The notes beneath the pieces were generated by a model. It had not been told where the DNA came from and ran no database searches. It saw only the letters and a list, made by a program, of their open reading frames with translations. A stretch of 32,000 nt of DNA. Source: Halomicrobium mukohataei DSM 12286 (lineage in GTDB: Archaea; Halobacteriota; Halobacteria; Halobacteriales; Haloarculaceae). The position numbers were made by a program, and so were the translations under genes. Location: positions 2,220,001 to 2,252,000 of the forward strand of contig NC_013202.1 of the NCBI RefSeq assembly GCF_000023965.1. The letters run 5' to 3'. This document shows positions 1 through 9,147 of this stretch, one piece after another. Within the stretch, counting starts at the first letter, position 1. Each line of letters begins with the position of its first letter.

Positions 1-512
1 TCGCCGGAGACGGTGGTGTCGAGCTGGAAGACGACGTCCGCGAAGTGCTCGGTCGTGTCTCGCAACGACGCGACCTCGCGGCCGTCCAGACAGTGGAGGA
101 TGGCGATGCTGCCCGTGTTGACGATGTGTGTCTGCAGGTCGTTCATGAAGGCACGGAACCGGGAGTGTGGTTCCTGGGCCTCCAGCACGTCGAGCGGGTC
201 GACGATCAGGTTCGACGTCTCCGGGAGCGCACTGACCAGTTTGCCGGCGTTGTCCAGCGGCGCTTCGCCCGAGATGTGTCGCACCGTCGGGTCGCCGGTC
301 TCTGCCGGGGTCTGCTCGATGCTCGCCTGCACCGCGGTGGCCGTTCGATCCAGTGAGAGCCAGAGCGTCCCCCGCGTCGCGGTCAACTCGTACAGAAACA
401 GCTCTGCCTGGCTCGCTGGATCCGCCGTCAGGGCCACGATGCTCCCCTCCGGGATTCCCCCATCCAGTTTGCGGTCGAGAACGTCGATCCCCGTCCGCAG
501 ACGATTCACCAT
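1..512 (-). CDS. RecA-superfamily KaiC/RAD55-like protein, N-terminal part; runs off the window start; Walker A position degenerate
   Basis: Absent from the ORF track because it has no stop in the window. Translating the minus strand from the ATG (complement of 510-512) gives MVNRLRTGIDVLDRKLDGGIPEGSIVALTADPASQAELFLYEL... This carries the GIDxLDxxLxGGIPxGS entry motif of KaiC/RadA-like ATPases, but ADPASQAE stands where GxxGxGK[ST] is expected. Acidic composition and GC-rich third positions. Confidence 0.7.
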   Translation of the reverse strand, partial: MVNRLRTGIDVLDRKLDGGIPEGSIVALTADPASQAELFLYELTATRGTLWLSLDRTATAVQASIEQTPAETGDPTVRHISGEAPLDNAGKLVSALPETSNLIVDPLDVLEAQEPHSRFRAFMNDLQTHIVNTGSIAILHCLDGREVASLRDTTEHFADVVFQLDTTVSG

Positions 513-540
513 GCCACTGTGAGATACGTCCCGACACGGA

Positions 541-1167
541 TTAAATATTCCGTTCGACCACCTCGTCGACGACGCGGTCGTACCGCGCCGCCACGGTCCC
601 GTCGGTCAGCGGCGCTGTCACGTCCGGAACGTGGGCCAGCGTCTGGCAGCCCAGCAGCGGTTCCGGCTCTATTTGTCCCGCGCTCCTGGTCACCACCGCA
701 CCGAGGACGCGAGTCCCCAGCGTGCGAGCCATGGCCGCGGTCTTCGCTGCGTCTTCGAGACTCTCCGGCGTGGCCGTCGAGACGACGACGACCGCGTCGG
801 CCGCGCGCAACGCGGTCGCCACGACCGGCGACGCGCCGGCCGGCGTATCGACGACGACCGGCCGCGGCGTCGCGGCCAACTGCTCTAGGGTCGCTTCGAG
901 TGCCCCGACGCCGCCACGACCCGCCGGCAGCACCTCGACGCCGGGCAACTCCACGGCCGAGTGCGTGACTTCGTCGAGGGACGCTCCGTCCTCGTAGGCA
1001 CCGATGCCCGGCCGTGGGCACGTTCCGGCGACGAGGTGCAGGTCCGGCATGTCACAGTCGCCGTCGACGGCGATCGGAGGAGGCCCCTCGCCCGCCAGTC
1101 CGCGAGCGAGACACGCCGTCGTCGTGGTCTTTCCCGACCCGCCCTTCCCGCCTGCGATCGCGAGCAT
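541..1167 (-). CDS. MinD/ParA-family P-loop ATPase
   Basis: Internal ATG (M45) of track ORF 541..1299. [24 protein letters not shown] contains the deviant Walker A KGGxGKT. The upstream 44 codons are Arg/Trp-rich and atypical. Lies 28 nt upstream of the KaiC-like gene on the same strand. Confidence 0.8.
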   Translation of the reverse strand: MLAIAGGKGGSGKTTTTACLARGLAGEGPPPIAVDGDCDMPDLHLVAGTCPRPGIGAYEDGASLDEVTHSAVELPGVEVLPAGRGGVGALEATLEQLAATPRPVVVDTPAGASPVVATALRAADAVVVVSTATPESLEDAAKTAAMARTLGTRVLGAVVTRSAGQIEPEPLLGCQTLAHVPDVTAPLTDGTVAARYDRVVDEVVERNI

Positions 1168-1249
1168 GGCGGGGCCTGTCTCGTCATCCGTCTTGAACGC
1201 TCGGGACGGTTCGGGAGATTCAAGGCCGTCGCGGCCACGGTACCTATCG

Positions 1250-2164
1250 ATGCGCCAGGACCACATCATCAGCGCCAAACAGCTCTCCCGCCGGGACATC
1301 GAGGCGGTGCTGGACCGCGCTGCCGAGATCGCGGCGGATCCGTCGGCCTACGCGGACCGACACGAGGGGTCCCTGCTCGGCCTCCTCTTTTTCGAACCCA
1401 GTACCCGGACGAAGATGAGTTTCAGTGCCGCAATGAAACGCCTCGGCGGCGACATCGTCGACATGGGCACGGTCGAGTCCTCCAGCGTCAAGAAAGGCGA
1501 GTCGCTGGCAGACACCGTCCGCGTCGTCGAGGGCTACGCCGACGCGCTCGTCTTGCGCCACCCGAGCGAGGGCGCGGCCCAGATGGCCAGCGAGTTCGTC
1601 GACGCGCCGCTGATCAACGCGGGCGACGGTGCGGGCCAGCACCCGACACAGACGCTCCTGGATCTGTACACGATCCGCGAGAACGCCGGCTTCGACGACC
1701 TCTCGATCGGGATCATGGGCGACCTGAAGTACGGCCGCACCGTCCACTCGCTGGCACACGCCCTGACGGTCTTCGACGCTCGCCAGCACTTCGTCAGCCC
1801 CGAGAGCCTCCAACTGCCCCGCTCGGTGCGGTACGACCTCCACGAATCCGGCGCGGAGGTCCGCGAGCACACCGACCTCGACGACGTGCTGTCGGAACTG
1901 GACGTTCTCTACGTCACCCGGATCCAGAAAGAGCGGTTCCCCGACGAGAGCGAGTACCACGAGGTCGCCGGGGAGTACCAGATCGACGCGGCGACGATCC
2001 GCGAGCACAACGAGGATCTGACGGTCATGCACCCGCTCCCGCGAGTCGACGAGATCGACCACGACGTGGACGAACTCGACGGCGCACAGTACTTCCAGCA
2101 GGCACACAACGGCGTCCCCGTCCGGATGGCGCTCCTGGACATGGTTCTGGAGGAATCACGATGA
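1250..2164 (+). CDS. pyrB: aspartate carbamoyltransferase catalytic subunit
   Basis: Internal ATG at 1250 of track ORF 1004..2164. [24 protein letters not shown]..., with [17 protein letters not shown] and HPLPRV motifs characteristic of ATCase catalytic chains. 304 aa. Confidence 0.95.
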   Translation: MRQDHIISAKQLSRRDIEAVLDRAAEIAADPSAYADRHEGSLLGLLFFEPSTRTKMSFSAAMKRLGGDIVDMGTVESSSVKKGESLADTVRVVEGYADALVLRHPSEGAAQMASEFVDAPLINAGDGAGQHPTQTLLDLYTIRENAGFDDLSIGIMGDLKYGRTVHSLAHALTVFDARQHFVSPESLQLPRSVRYDLHESGAEVREHTDLDDVLSELDVLYVTRIQKERFPDESEYHEVAGEYQIDAATIREHNEDLTVMHPLPRVDEIDHDVDELDGAQYFQQAHNGVPVRMALLDMVLEESR

Positions 2165-2625
2165 GCGACGATCCCGAGCTCCGCGTCAGCAAGATCCGCA
2201 ACGGCACCGTGATCGACCACATTCCCGGCGGCCAGGCGCTGAACGTGCTGGCAATCATCGGCATCGACGGGACCAGCGGCGAGGAGGTCTCCGTCGCGAT
2301 GAACATCCCCTCGGACCGGCTGGGCAAGAAAGACATCGTGAAAGTCGAGGGCCGTGAGCTCTCACAGAACGAGGTCGACGTGCTGTCGCTGATCGCACCC
2401 GCCGCGACGATCAACATCGTCCGGGAGTTCGACGTGGCCGAGAAACACCGCGTCGAGCGCCCCGGCCGCGTACAGGGCGTCCTGGAGTGCCCGAACCGCA
2501 ACTGCATCACGACCGAGTCCGAGCCCGTCGACTCCGCGTTCGAGGTGCTCGACGACGGCGTCCGCTGTGAGTACTGCGACACGATCATCCGCGAGGACAT
2601 CGCCGCCCACATTCTGGTAAGTTAG
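2161..2625 (+). CDS. pyrI: aspartate carbamoyltransferase regulatory subunit
   Basis: The ATG at 2161 overlaps the pyrB stop (ATGA). [24 protein letters not shown]..., with a C-terminal Zn cluster CPNRNC...CEYC. It is the last 154 aa of the artefactually long track ORF 961..2625. Confidence 0.95.
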   Translation: MSDDPELRVSKIRNGTVIDHIPGGQALNVLAIIGIDGTSGEEVSVAMNIPSDRLGKKDIVKVEGRELSQNEVDVLSLIAPAATINIVREFDVAEKHRVERPGRVQGVLECPNRNCITTESEPVDSAFEVLDDGVRCEYCDTIIREDIAAHILVS

Positions 2626-2700
2626 CACCGCCGCGGTGCCAGCGTCCGCCTGCAGCCGAATACCTCCAACTTATTTGCGGCACCCTCCCCAGTCGTCGGT

Positions 2701-3072
2701 ATGAACTCGCTTCCGGTCGACGGTGTGGCCCCGCTCGCGATCGGCGGGGCCGCGGTGCTCGTCTTGGCGTTCGTCGCGATCTGGTGGCGTCGACGCGGCT
2801 CCTCGGACCGCCGTCAGTCGAAGAAAGCCCACGAAGCCGCCCAGCAACGTGACCCTCCAGTAGAGATCGGAGAGACCTACGAGTTCGGTATCACGGACTT
2901 CAGCGAGCACCACTCCGGTGAAACGAACGCCGTCGGGAAAGTCGAGGGGTTCGTCCTCTTCGTCGAGGACATTCCGGACGGGCTCTCGGAGGGCGATATA
3001 ATCGAGGCGAAAGTGCTCTCGTTCAACGAGGGCCGGACCTCCGCCGACGCGCGGTTCGTCGAACGCCGCTGA
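2701..3072 (+). CDS. membrane-anchored TRAM-domain protein
   Basis: N-terminal hydrophobic helix (APLAIGGAAVLVLAFVAIWW), then PVEIGETYEFGITDF...GKVEGFVLFVEDIPDGLSEGDIIEAKVLSFNEG, matching the TRAM beta-barrel pattern as I recall it. TTATTT at 2671-2676 is about 25-30 nt upstream of the ATG. Confidence 0.8.
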   Translation: MNSLPVDGVAPLAIGGAAVLVLAFVAIWWRRRGSSDRRQSKKAHEAAQQRDPPVEIGETYEFGITDFSEHHSGETNAVGKVEGFVLFVEDIPDGLSEGDIIEAKVLSFNEGRTSADARFVERR

Positions 3073-3156
3073 TATAGTAACGATTGAAACGATTTACACA
3101 CCGATCGCACTGCCGTCGTGCGATCGGGTGTGCATTGATTTTCAATGGCTACTATA
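3073..3156. mobile_element. 84-nt imperfect palindrome (type A element, intact copy) starting on the base after the TRAM-gene TGA
   Basis: Left arm is TATAGTAACGATTGAAACGATTTACACACCGATCGCAC, loop is TGCCGTC, right arm is GTGCGATCGGGTGTGCATTGATTTTCAATGGCTACTATA. Outer arms are AT-rich and the inner stem is GC-rich. A diverged, interrupted second copy lies at 9148-9315. Confidence 0.7.
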
Positions 3157-3231
3157 CCGCCGCTCGATTCTCGGTGTCGGTGTTCGGAACGACCGGTAGA
3201 TTGCGCGACAGCGACGCGACTGGGGGACGTG

Positions 3232-3237
3232 AAAAAA
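3232..3237 (-). terminator. oligo-T run (T6 on the minus strand) about 22 nt downstream of the FKBP gene stop
   Basis: The minus strand reads TAA gtcgctccgatcactcaccctg TTTTTT cacg. Oligo-T is the usual archaeal termination signal. Confidence 0.4.
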
Positions 3238-3259
3238 CAGGGTGAGTGATCGGAGCGAC

Positions 3260-4222
3260 TTACTCGTCGGCCGCGCCTTCGACTTCTTCCATGATCTCCT
3301 CGGCGTCGACGTCGGCGTCCTCGAGCGCTTCCTCGATGTCAGCGCCGCCGGCACCGCCCATGCCGCCCATCATGCCGGGCATGCCCATGCCGCCACCGCC
3401 GAGCTCTTCCTGGACGATGATGCGGTCGATGTCGAGCAGCTGGGTGAGCTGCTGGGCGATCTGCTGTTTGCCCATCATCCACTGCTGGTTCATCGTCAGC
3501 TGGGGCGTCGCCTCGATGTAGAGCGTGTCCTTCTCGACCTCGACGGTCTCGGTCTCGGGTTCGGCGTCCTCGTCGTCCTCGTCGGACTCGACGAGCTGCT
3601 CTTCCTCGACGGTGTCGGTCTCGAACCACACGTCGAGCTCCATGTCGAGCATCATCGAGAGGATGCCCTGGGCCTGCTCTTCGCGGTCCTCGACCTCGCT
3701 GAGGACCTCGTAGTCGTACTCGATGTCCTCGCCGGCCAGCGGGTGGTTGAAGTCGACGCGTGCGCGGCCGCCGATGATCGTCTCGACGTGGCCGTGCTCG
3801 CCGTCGACGTCGACGTGTGCACCGGGGTAGCGGTCGTCTTCCGGGATCTTGTCGGCCGCGACGGTTCGGACCTCGCTCTCGTCGTACTCGCCGAAGGCCT
3901 CGGCCGCGGGGACGGTGACGGTGCCGGAGTGTCCGACTTCCTCACCGTACACGTCCTCTTCGACGGCCTCGAACAGGTGGCCCTGGCCGAGCACGATCGT
4001 TCGCGGTGCGAACTCCTGGTCCTCGCCGACGCCTTCCTCTTCTGCGACTTCCGGGTCCGTCGTGTCGACGAGGTCGCCGCCCTCGACGGTGCGTGCGGTG
4101 TAGGCCATCTCGACGAAGTCGCCCGCTTCGAAGCCCTGGGCTTCCTCTTCATCGGCCGCTGATTCTTCTGCGTCCTGCTCTTCGAGTTCTTCTTCCGCGT
4201 CGGCCTCGGATTCGTTGCTCAT
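3260..4222 (-). CDS. long-type FKBP peptidyl-prolyl cis-trans isomerase with acidic linkers and a Gly/Met-rich C-terminal tract
   Basis: GDFVEMAYTARTVEGGDLVDTT..., GQGHLFEAVEEDVYG and RVDFNHPLAGEDIEYDYEVL are typical FKBP/SlyD motifs. The C-terminal GGGGMGMPGMMGGMGGAGG tract is seen directly. Confidence 0.9.
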   Translation of the reverse strand: MSNESEADAEEELEEQDAEESAADEEEAQGFEAGDFVEMAYTARTVEGGDLVDTTDPEVAEEEGVGEDQEFAPRTIVLGQGHLFEAVEEDVYGEEVGHSGTVTVPAAEAFGEYDESEVRTVAADKIPEDDRYPGAHVDVDGEHGHVETIIGGRARVDFNHPLAGEDIEYDYEVLSEVEDREEQAQGILSMMLDMELDVWFETDTVEEEQLVESDEDDEDAEPETETVEVEKDTLYIEATPQLTMNQQWMMGKQQIAQQLTQLLDIDRIIVQEELGGGGMGMPGMMGGMGGAGGADIEEALEDADVDAEEIMEEVEGAADE

Positions 4223-4354
4223 ACCCTATCGGTCTGGCGTTGCACTCTTAAGAACAACGTTTCGGCTGCGTGACCTGGGCGGATGGAGCCAGATATCGCA
4301 CACACTCTCGTGGTTCTCGAATGCGTTTTATCCCCTGGCGGTCAGTTGCGGGGT

Positions 4355-4900
4355 ATGTACGAGGTCGAACTCAAGGTCGAGACCGACCACGAGCCCGTGC
4401 GCGAGCGACTCGACGAGCTCGGGGCGACGTTCCTGGGCACCGTCGAACAGGCAGACACCTACTACGACGCGCCCCACAGAGAGTTCGCCGAGACCGACGA
4501 GGCACTGCGGGTGCGTCGCGAGACCGTCGACGGCGAGTCCTCGGCGGTGATGACTTACAAGGGACCCAAAGTCGACGCGGCGTCGAAGACCCGCGAGGAG
4601 ATCGAGACCGCGGTCGGTGACGGTGACGACGCGGCGGCGATCTTCGAGTCGGTCGGGTTCGCGGCCGCGGCGACGGTTCGCAAAGAGCGCGACCGGTATC
4701 GGCTCGACGGCTACACGGTCACGCTGGACACGGTGGCGGGCGCGGGCTCGTTCGTCGAGGTCGAGACCGAGGCCGAGGAGATCGACGCCGCGCGCGAGGG
4801 GGCAGCCGATCTCGTTCGCGATCTCGGACTGGATCCCGACGAGCAGATCCGGACCTCGTACCTCGGGCTGTTGCTCGACGACGGTGATGCAGGAGAGTAA
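4355..4900 (+). CDS. CYTH-domain protein (class IV adenylate cyclase / triphosphatase family)
   Basis: Internal ATG at 4355 of track ORF 4283..4900. MYEVELKVE carries the ExExK signature of CYTH. TTTTAT at 4326-4331 is 24-29 nt upstream of this ATG. Confidence 0.85.
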   Translation: MYEVELKVETDHEPVRERLDELGATFLGTVEQADTYYDAPHREFAETDEALRVRRETVDGESSAVMTYKGPKVDAASKTREEIETAVGDGDDAAAIFESVGFAAAATVRKERDRYRLDGYTVTLDTVAGAGSFVEVETEAEEIDAAREGAADLVRDLGLDPDEQIRTSYLGLLLDDGDAGE

Positions 4901-4960
4901 TCAGATAGGGAGGTTTGGTTTCCGCAAGTTATAGAACCGGGGACATCGAACGCAGTACCA

Positions 4961-6163
4961 ATGACAGATCGGAACATCCACGTGCAGCCGTCTTCTGGGC
5001 TGGCAGTCGAGGAACAGGGCGTCGAAATCGTCGAGCGAAAGGGAATCGGTCACCCGGACTCGATCTGTGACGGCGTCGCGGAGACGGTCTCGCGGGCCCT
5101 CGCACAGACGTACCTCGACCGCTTCGGAACGGTCCTGCACTACAACACCGACGAGAGCCAGCTCGTCGCCGGGACCGCCGCTCCGGCCTTCGGCGGCGGC
5201 GAGGTACTGGAGCCGATCTATCTGCTGATCGTCGGACGCGCGACCAAGTCCTACGAGGGCGAGCGCATTCCCGCGGAGACGATCGCGCTCGAAGCGGCCC
5301 GGGACTACCTGGAAGCGAACTTCCCGTATCTGGACGTCGGGACGGACATCGTCGTCGACGTTCGCCTCGGCGAGGGCAGCGGCGACCTCCAGGACGTGTT
5401 CGGCGACGAGGGCTCCGTGCCGATGGCCAACGACACGAGCTACGGCGTCGGGCACGCACCGCTCTCGGAAACCGAGCAGATCGTCAAGGCCACCGAGCAA
5501 CGGCTCAACGGCGAGTACTCCGTCGACCACCCGGAAGTCGGGCAGGACGTGAAGGTGATGGGCAAGCGCGAGGGCGACCACATCGACGTGACCGTCGCCG
5601 CGGCGATGGTGGATCGACACATCGAGGACCTCGAAGCGTACAAGGACGCCGTCGCCAGCGTCCGCCGATACGTCGAAGACCTCGCCACGGAGTTCACCGA
5701 TCGCACGGTGACGGTCCACGTCAACACCGCCGACGACTACGAAGAGGGGTCGATCTACCTGACGACGACCGGCACCTCCGCCGAGCAGGGCGACGACGGC
5801 TCCGTCGGCCGCGGCAACCGCGCGAACGGCCTGATCACTCCGAACCGACCGATGAGTATGGAGGCCACCTCCGGCAAGAACCCGGTCAACCACATCGGGA
5901 AGATCTACAACCTCCTCTCGACGGAGATCGCAAAGAGCGTCGTCGACGAGGTCGACGGCATCGAACAACTCCAGATCAGACTGCTCTCTCAGATCGGATC
6001 GCCGATCGACGAACCCCACGTCGCCGACGCCGAACTGGTCACCGAGGACGGCGTTACCGTCGCCGACATCGAAGACGAGGTCGAGGCCGCGATCGACGAC
6101 GAACTGGCCGACGTGACCAACGTCACCCGACGCGTCGTCGATGGGGAGCTGTCGACGTTCTAA
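4961..6163 (+). CDS. metK: archaeal-type S-adenosylmethionine synthetase
   Basis: 400 aa. [37 protein letters not shown] and [13 protein letters not shown] are typical of archaeal MAT. Confidence 0.95.
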   Translation: MTDRNIHVQPSSGLAVEEQGVEIVERKGIGHPDSICDGVAETVSRALAQTYLDRFGTVLHYNTDESQLVAGTAAPAFGGGEVLEPIYLLIVGRATKSYEGERIPAETIALEAARDYLEANFPYLDVGTDIVVDVRLGEGSGDLQDVFGDEGSVPMANDTSYGVGHAPLSETEQIVKATEQRLNGEYSVDHPEVGQDVKVMGKREGDHIDVTVAAAMVDRHIEDLEAYKDAVASVRRYVEDLATEFTDRTVTVHVNTADDYEEGSIYLTTTGTSAEQGDDGSVGRGNRANGLITPNRPMSMEATSGKNPVNHIGKIYNLLSTEIAKSVVDEVDGIEQLQIRLLSQIGSPIDEPHVADAELVTEDGVTVADIEDEVEAAIDDELADVTNVTRRVVDGELSTF

Positions 6164-6164
6164 G

Positions 6165-6193
6165 GGAGACTCCGACCGACGGGAGGAGTCTCC
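6165..6193 (+). terminator. 9-bp perfect hairpin directly after the metK stop
   Basis: GGAGACTCC (6165-6173), an 11-nt loop, then GGAGTCTCC (6185-6193). No T-run follows it. Confidence 0.35.
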
Positions 6194-6197
6194 GAGT

Positions 6198-6321
6198 GCG
6201 AGCGGCGAGGCGCGGAGCGACGGGCCTCGAAAACTGCGAGCGGGAGTGAGCGAAGCGGACGACACGCGAGCGGCGAGGCGCGGAGCGACTGACGGGAGCG
6301 ACGGGCCTCGAAAACTGCGAG
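6198..6321. repeat. tandem duplication (period about 68 nt) in the metK-thiI spacer
   Basis: GCGAGCGGCGAGGCGCGGAGCGAC...GGGCCTCGAAAACTGCGAGC occurs at 6198-6241 and again at 6266-6321. The second copy carries a 12-nt internal duplication. Each unit can fold as CGAGGC / GCCTCG. Confidence 0.75.
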
Positions 6322-6396
6322 CAGGAGAGAACGGAGTGACCCGCGGAGCGCGGTCTGAGGCGACATTCCTTTATCGCGGATCGGTCAAACATCGGT

Positions 6397-7584
6397 ATGC
6401 ACCCGCCGGGAGCCGACATCGTCCTCGTTCGCCACGGCGAGATCGGGACCAAGAGCGAGCAGGTCCGTCGATCCATGGAGGAGCGGCTGGCGCGGAACCT
6501 CTCGGCCCTGCTCGCGGATCGCGGCGTCGACGGCTCCGTCGAGCGCGAACGGACGCGGCTGTTCGTCCACAGCGACGAGCCCAGCGCCGCCGTCGGGGCC
6601 GCGACAGACACCTTCGGCGTCGTCTCTGCCAGCGCTGCCGTCCGCACCGAGCCGACGCTCGACGCCATCTGTGAGGGGCTGGCAGCGATCGCGCGCGAGC
6701 GATTCGACGGTGGCACCTTCGCCGTCGACGCCCGCCGGGCGGGCCAGCAGTCCGCCCACGACTTCTCCAGCGAGGACATCGAGTCCGACGGCGGCGCTGC
6801 CGTGTGGGCCGCGATCGAAGCGGCGGGCGGCGATCCGGCGGTCGATCTCGACGAGCCGGACCTGACGTTCCACGTCGAGTGTCGTCGGGAGGTCGCGTAC
6901 CTGTTTCTCGACAAGCAGGCGGGTCCCGGCGGGCTTCCCGTCGGGACTCAAGAGCCCGTCGTCGTCTTGCTCTCCGGGGGAATCGACTCTCCCGTCGCGG
7001 CCTGGAAGCTGCTCAAGCGCGGCTGTCCCGTCGTGCCGGTGTACGTCGATCTCGGGGCGTACGGCGGTCCGGACCACCGCGCGCGAGCCCTCTCGACCGC
7101 CGAGACGCTCGCCAGCTACGTCCCGAACGTCGACCTCTCGGTGCGGGTCGCCGACGGAGGGGCCGTCGTGGAGCGGCTCGCAGACGAGCTGGACGCACGG
7201 CGGATGCTCGCCCTGCGGCGGTTCATGCTCGCCGTCGGGGCCCGGGTCGCCGAGCGTACCGACGCCGTCGGCGTGGCGACCGGCGAGGCGATCGGACAGA
7301 AGTCGAGCCAGACGAGCGCCAACCTCGCGGTGACGGACGTGGCCGTCGACTGTCCCGTCTTCCGGCCGAACCTGACCGCCGACAAGGCCGACATCACGCA
7401 GCTGGCCCGCGAGATCGGGACCTTCGAGGCGTCGACGATCCCGACCGGCTGTAACCGCGTCGCGCCGTCGCTGCCCGAGACGAACGCCGACCTGCACGCC
7501 GTCCGCGAACGCGAACCGGACGACCTGTTCGAGCGTGCGAGGGCCGTCGCTGACCGCGCCGAAGTCGTCGCCCTCGACCGCTGA
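6397..7584 (+). CDS. thiI: tRNA 4-thiouridine synthase ThiI (THUMP domain plus PP-loop ATPase)
   Basis: ADIVLVRHGEIGTKS start and PP-loop VVLLSGGIDSPVAAW. 395 aa. CCTTTATCG at 6367-6375 is upstream of the ATG. Confidence 0.9.
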   Translation: MHPPGADIVLVRHGEIGTKSEQVRRSMEERLARNLSALLADRGVDGSVERERTRLFVHSDEPSAAVGAATDTFGVVSASAAVRTEPTLDAICEGLAAIARERFDGGTFAVDARRAGQQSAHDFSSEDIESDGGAAVWAAIEAAGGDPAVDLDEPDLTFHVECRREVAYLFLDKQAGPGGLPVGTQEPVVVLLSGGIDSPVAAWKLLKRGCPVVPVYVDLGAYGGPDHRARALSTAETLASYVPNVDLSVRVADGGAVVERLADELDARRMLALRRFMLAVGARVAERTDAVGVATGEAIGQKSSQTSANLAVTDVAVDCPVFRPNLTADKADITQLAREIGTFEASTIPTGCNRVAPSLPETNADLHAVREREPDDLFERARAVADRAEVVALDR

Positions 7585-7625
7585 GAGCGAAACCACTATC
7601 CCCGGCGACGGTCTCGGATAGCACG

Positions 7626-8099
7626 ATGGCGCGAGTGTGTCTCGTCGGCTCCGAGGACTGCAACCTCCGGTACGAACTGCTCTCGCGCGAGACCGCACGG
7701 GAAGCGCTGGCGACCTACGACATTCGGGAGCCGTTCGCCAACACCCTGGCCGTCGAGACCGTCAGCCTGGGGGCCGCGGTGGCGCTTTGCAACGACCTCA
7801 ACTGGTATCTCGTCCGCTTTACCGACGCTGCGATGGTGCTCGAACCGTCGGTCAGCGAGACGGAGTGGCTCTCGCGGTCGCTGGCGACGGCGATGCGGGA
7901 CGACGCCGTCGACGAGGACGAACGCGACCGCTTCCTGAAGGTGTACGGCGTCGAACCGCCCGAGGACGACGACGCTGAACCCCGGCTCGTCGAGCCGATG
8001 CTGGTGACGCGGACCGGCGATTCGATCCCCGAGTACGATCTGCGTGCGGTCGACGAGACGGTGGTCGTCAGGGTGTCGAGAGACGAGTTCGGGGCGTGA
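7626..8099 (+). CDS. conserved-looking acidic hypothetical protein
   Basis: 157-aa ORF with haloarchaeal composition and GC-rich third positions. I recognise no motif. Confidence 0.65.
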   Translation: MARVCLVGSEDCNLRYELLSRETAREALATYDIREPFANTLAVETVSLGAAVALCNDLNWYLVRFTDAAMVLEPSVSETEWLSRSLATAMRDDAVDEDERDRFLKVYGVEPPEDDDAEPRLVEPMLVTRTGDSIPEYDLRAVDETVVVRVSRDEFGA

Positions 8100-8114
8100 G
8101 ACTGCCGGCGACCG

Positions 8115-9074
8115 TCAGCGGACCCACTCTCTGCTCTGGAGCAGCGACCGCTCTCCGTCGAGGGCGACGTACCACGCGTCGTCGTTCGGGTGGGGGAGCT
8201 GCTCGACCTCGGACAGGCGCTCTTGGAGCGCCGACAGCGCCGTCGACGCCGGGGCGCACTCCTCGTAGCGGCCGTCAATCGCGGCGGTGAGGATCGACCG
8301 CTGGGCTTCGGGCAGGTCGTCGAGCGCGACGAGATACCGCTCGGCGGCGAACGAACGGAGCGCGGACTCGTCCGCGGCGACCCGTTCGAGAGTGTACTCG
8401 AACGTTCGCCGCTCTTTGGTCCCCTCGGAGTCGCCGGCCACGTCGACGCGCATCGTCCGGTCTCGCCACCGGACCCAGGTTCGACTTCCGACGAGCCGCG
8501 AGTCCGTCTCGCCGTCGGGGTAGGGTGCCGGGTACGCTCGGATCGAGAGCTGGCGCTGTGGGAGCCCGTCTCCCTCGCCCTCAGACTCGGGATCTAACGC
8601 TGCCGATTCGAGCGCGGCCCGGTCAGATTCGGGCAGCTCCTCGAAGTGGACGACCGTCGCGCCGTCGGGCGCGGTCTGTCCCTCCTCCCAGGACACGTCC
8701 ATCTCGTAGGCCGGGATCGCATCGACGGCGACGATCTCGGATTTCGTCCGGTAGAACGCGCCGTCGTGGCGTACGATCACGCCGTCACGCAGGGGGCTAG
8801 CGCCGTCGGTCGTGTACGACGCGGGCCCGTCGCTGGCTGCCCGTTCGACGATCGACCGCTCCGTCTCGTTCAGGTTGGCCGGGAGGTCGGCGGCCGGTGC
8901 GTACGGCCCGGTCGTGAGGACGATCCCCGACGTACAGCTGTCCGTTTCGGAGCCGTTCGGGCTCGAAGTCGGCGATCGCTGGTCCCGGCGGTCGCTCTCC
9001 GGATCGGTCCCGACACAGCCGGCCGCCAGCAGCGAGGCGCTGGCTGCGAGGACGCGGCGGCGAGATCGTTGCAT
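8115..9074 (-). CDS. Tat-secreted lipoprotein, function unknown
   Basis: MQRSRRRVLAASASLLAAGC has a twin-arginine motif plus a lipobox Cys. GTTTATC (minus sense, about 9097-9104) is a TATA-like box. Confidence 0.8.
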   Translation of the reverse strand: MQRSRRRVLAASASLLAAGCVGTDPESDRRDQRSPTSSPNGSETDSCTSGIVLTTGPYAPAADLPANLNETERSIVERAASDGPASYTTDGASPLRDGVIVRHDGAFYRTKSEIVAVDAIPAYEMDVSWEEGQTAPDGATVVHFEELPESDRAALESAALDPESEGEGDGLPQRQLSIRAYPAPYPDGETDSRLVGSRTWVRWRDRTMRVDVAGDSEGTKERRTFEYTLERVAADESALRSFAAERYLVALDDLPEAQRSILTAAIDGRYEECAPASTALSALQERLSEVEQLPHPNDDAWYVALDGERSLLQSREWVR

Positions 9075-9147
9075 ACCCGTCCCTGCCGTCCGTACTGATA
9101 AACTCCTTGTGGAGGCTCAAAACGCGGTCGAGGCGACCTCGGAGGGG

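Noticed and set aside
961-2625. 554-aa plus-strand ORF spanning the pyrB region
   Set aside because: Its first roughly 400 aa are Arg/Pro/Gly-rich out-of-frame read-through of pyrB. Only the last 154 aa (from the ATG at 2161) match PyrI.
2625-2639. GCACCGCCGCGGTGC palindrome on the pyrI stop as a terminator or element
   Set aside because: It is a 15-nt GC palindrome with essentially no loop and no T-run. Such palindromes are expected by chance at this GC content, and it shows no similarity to the element families.
3242-4162. 306-aa ORF antisense to the FKBP gene. Similar long antisense or out-of-frame ORFs occur at 4901-6265, 6385-7698, 12073-13953, 14178-15236, 14806-15822, 15740-16987, 17610-18593, 18828-20171, 19417-20628, 22033-23169, 24723-26390, 25030-26475, 26822-27721 and 30537-31643.
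   Set aside because: These are typical GC-rich shadow ORFs. They have Arg/Val/Gly/Asp-rich or repetitive composition and no recognisable motifs. Each overlaps a strand and frame with clear family motifs.
6198-6321. Possible CRISPR array (direct repeats)
   Set aside because: Only two tandem units are present, with no unique spacers of regular length and no cas genes. Likewise the 85-nt copies at 9219 and 10300 are inverted, lie 1 kb apart and flank a gene.
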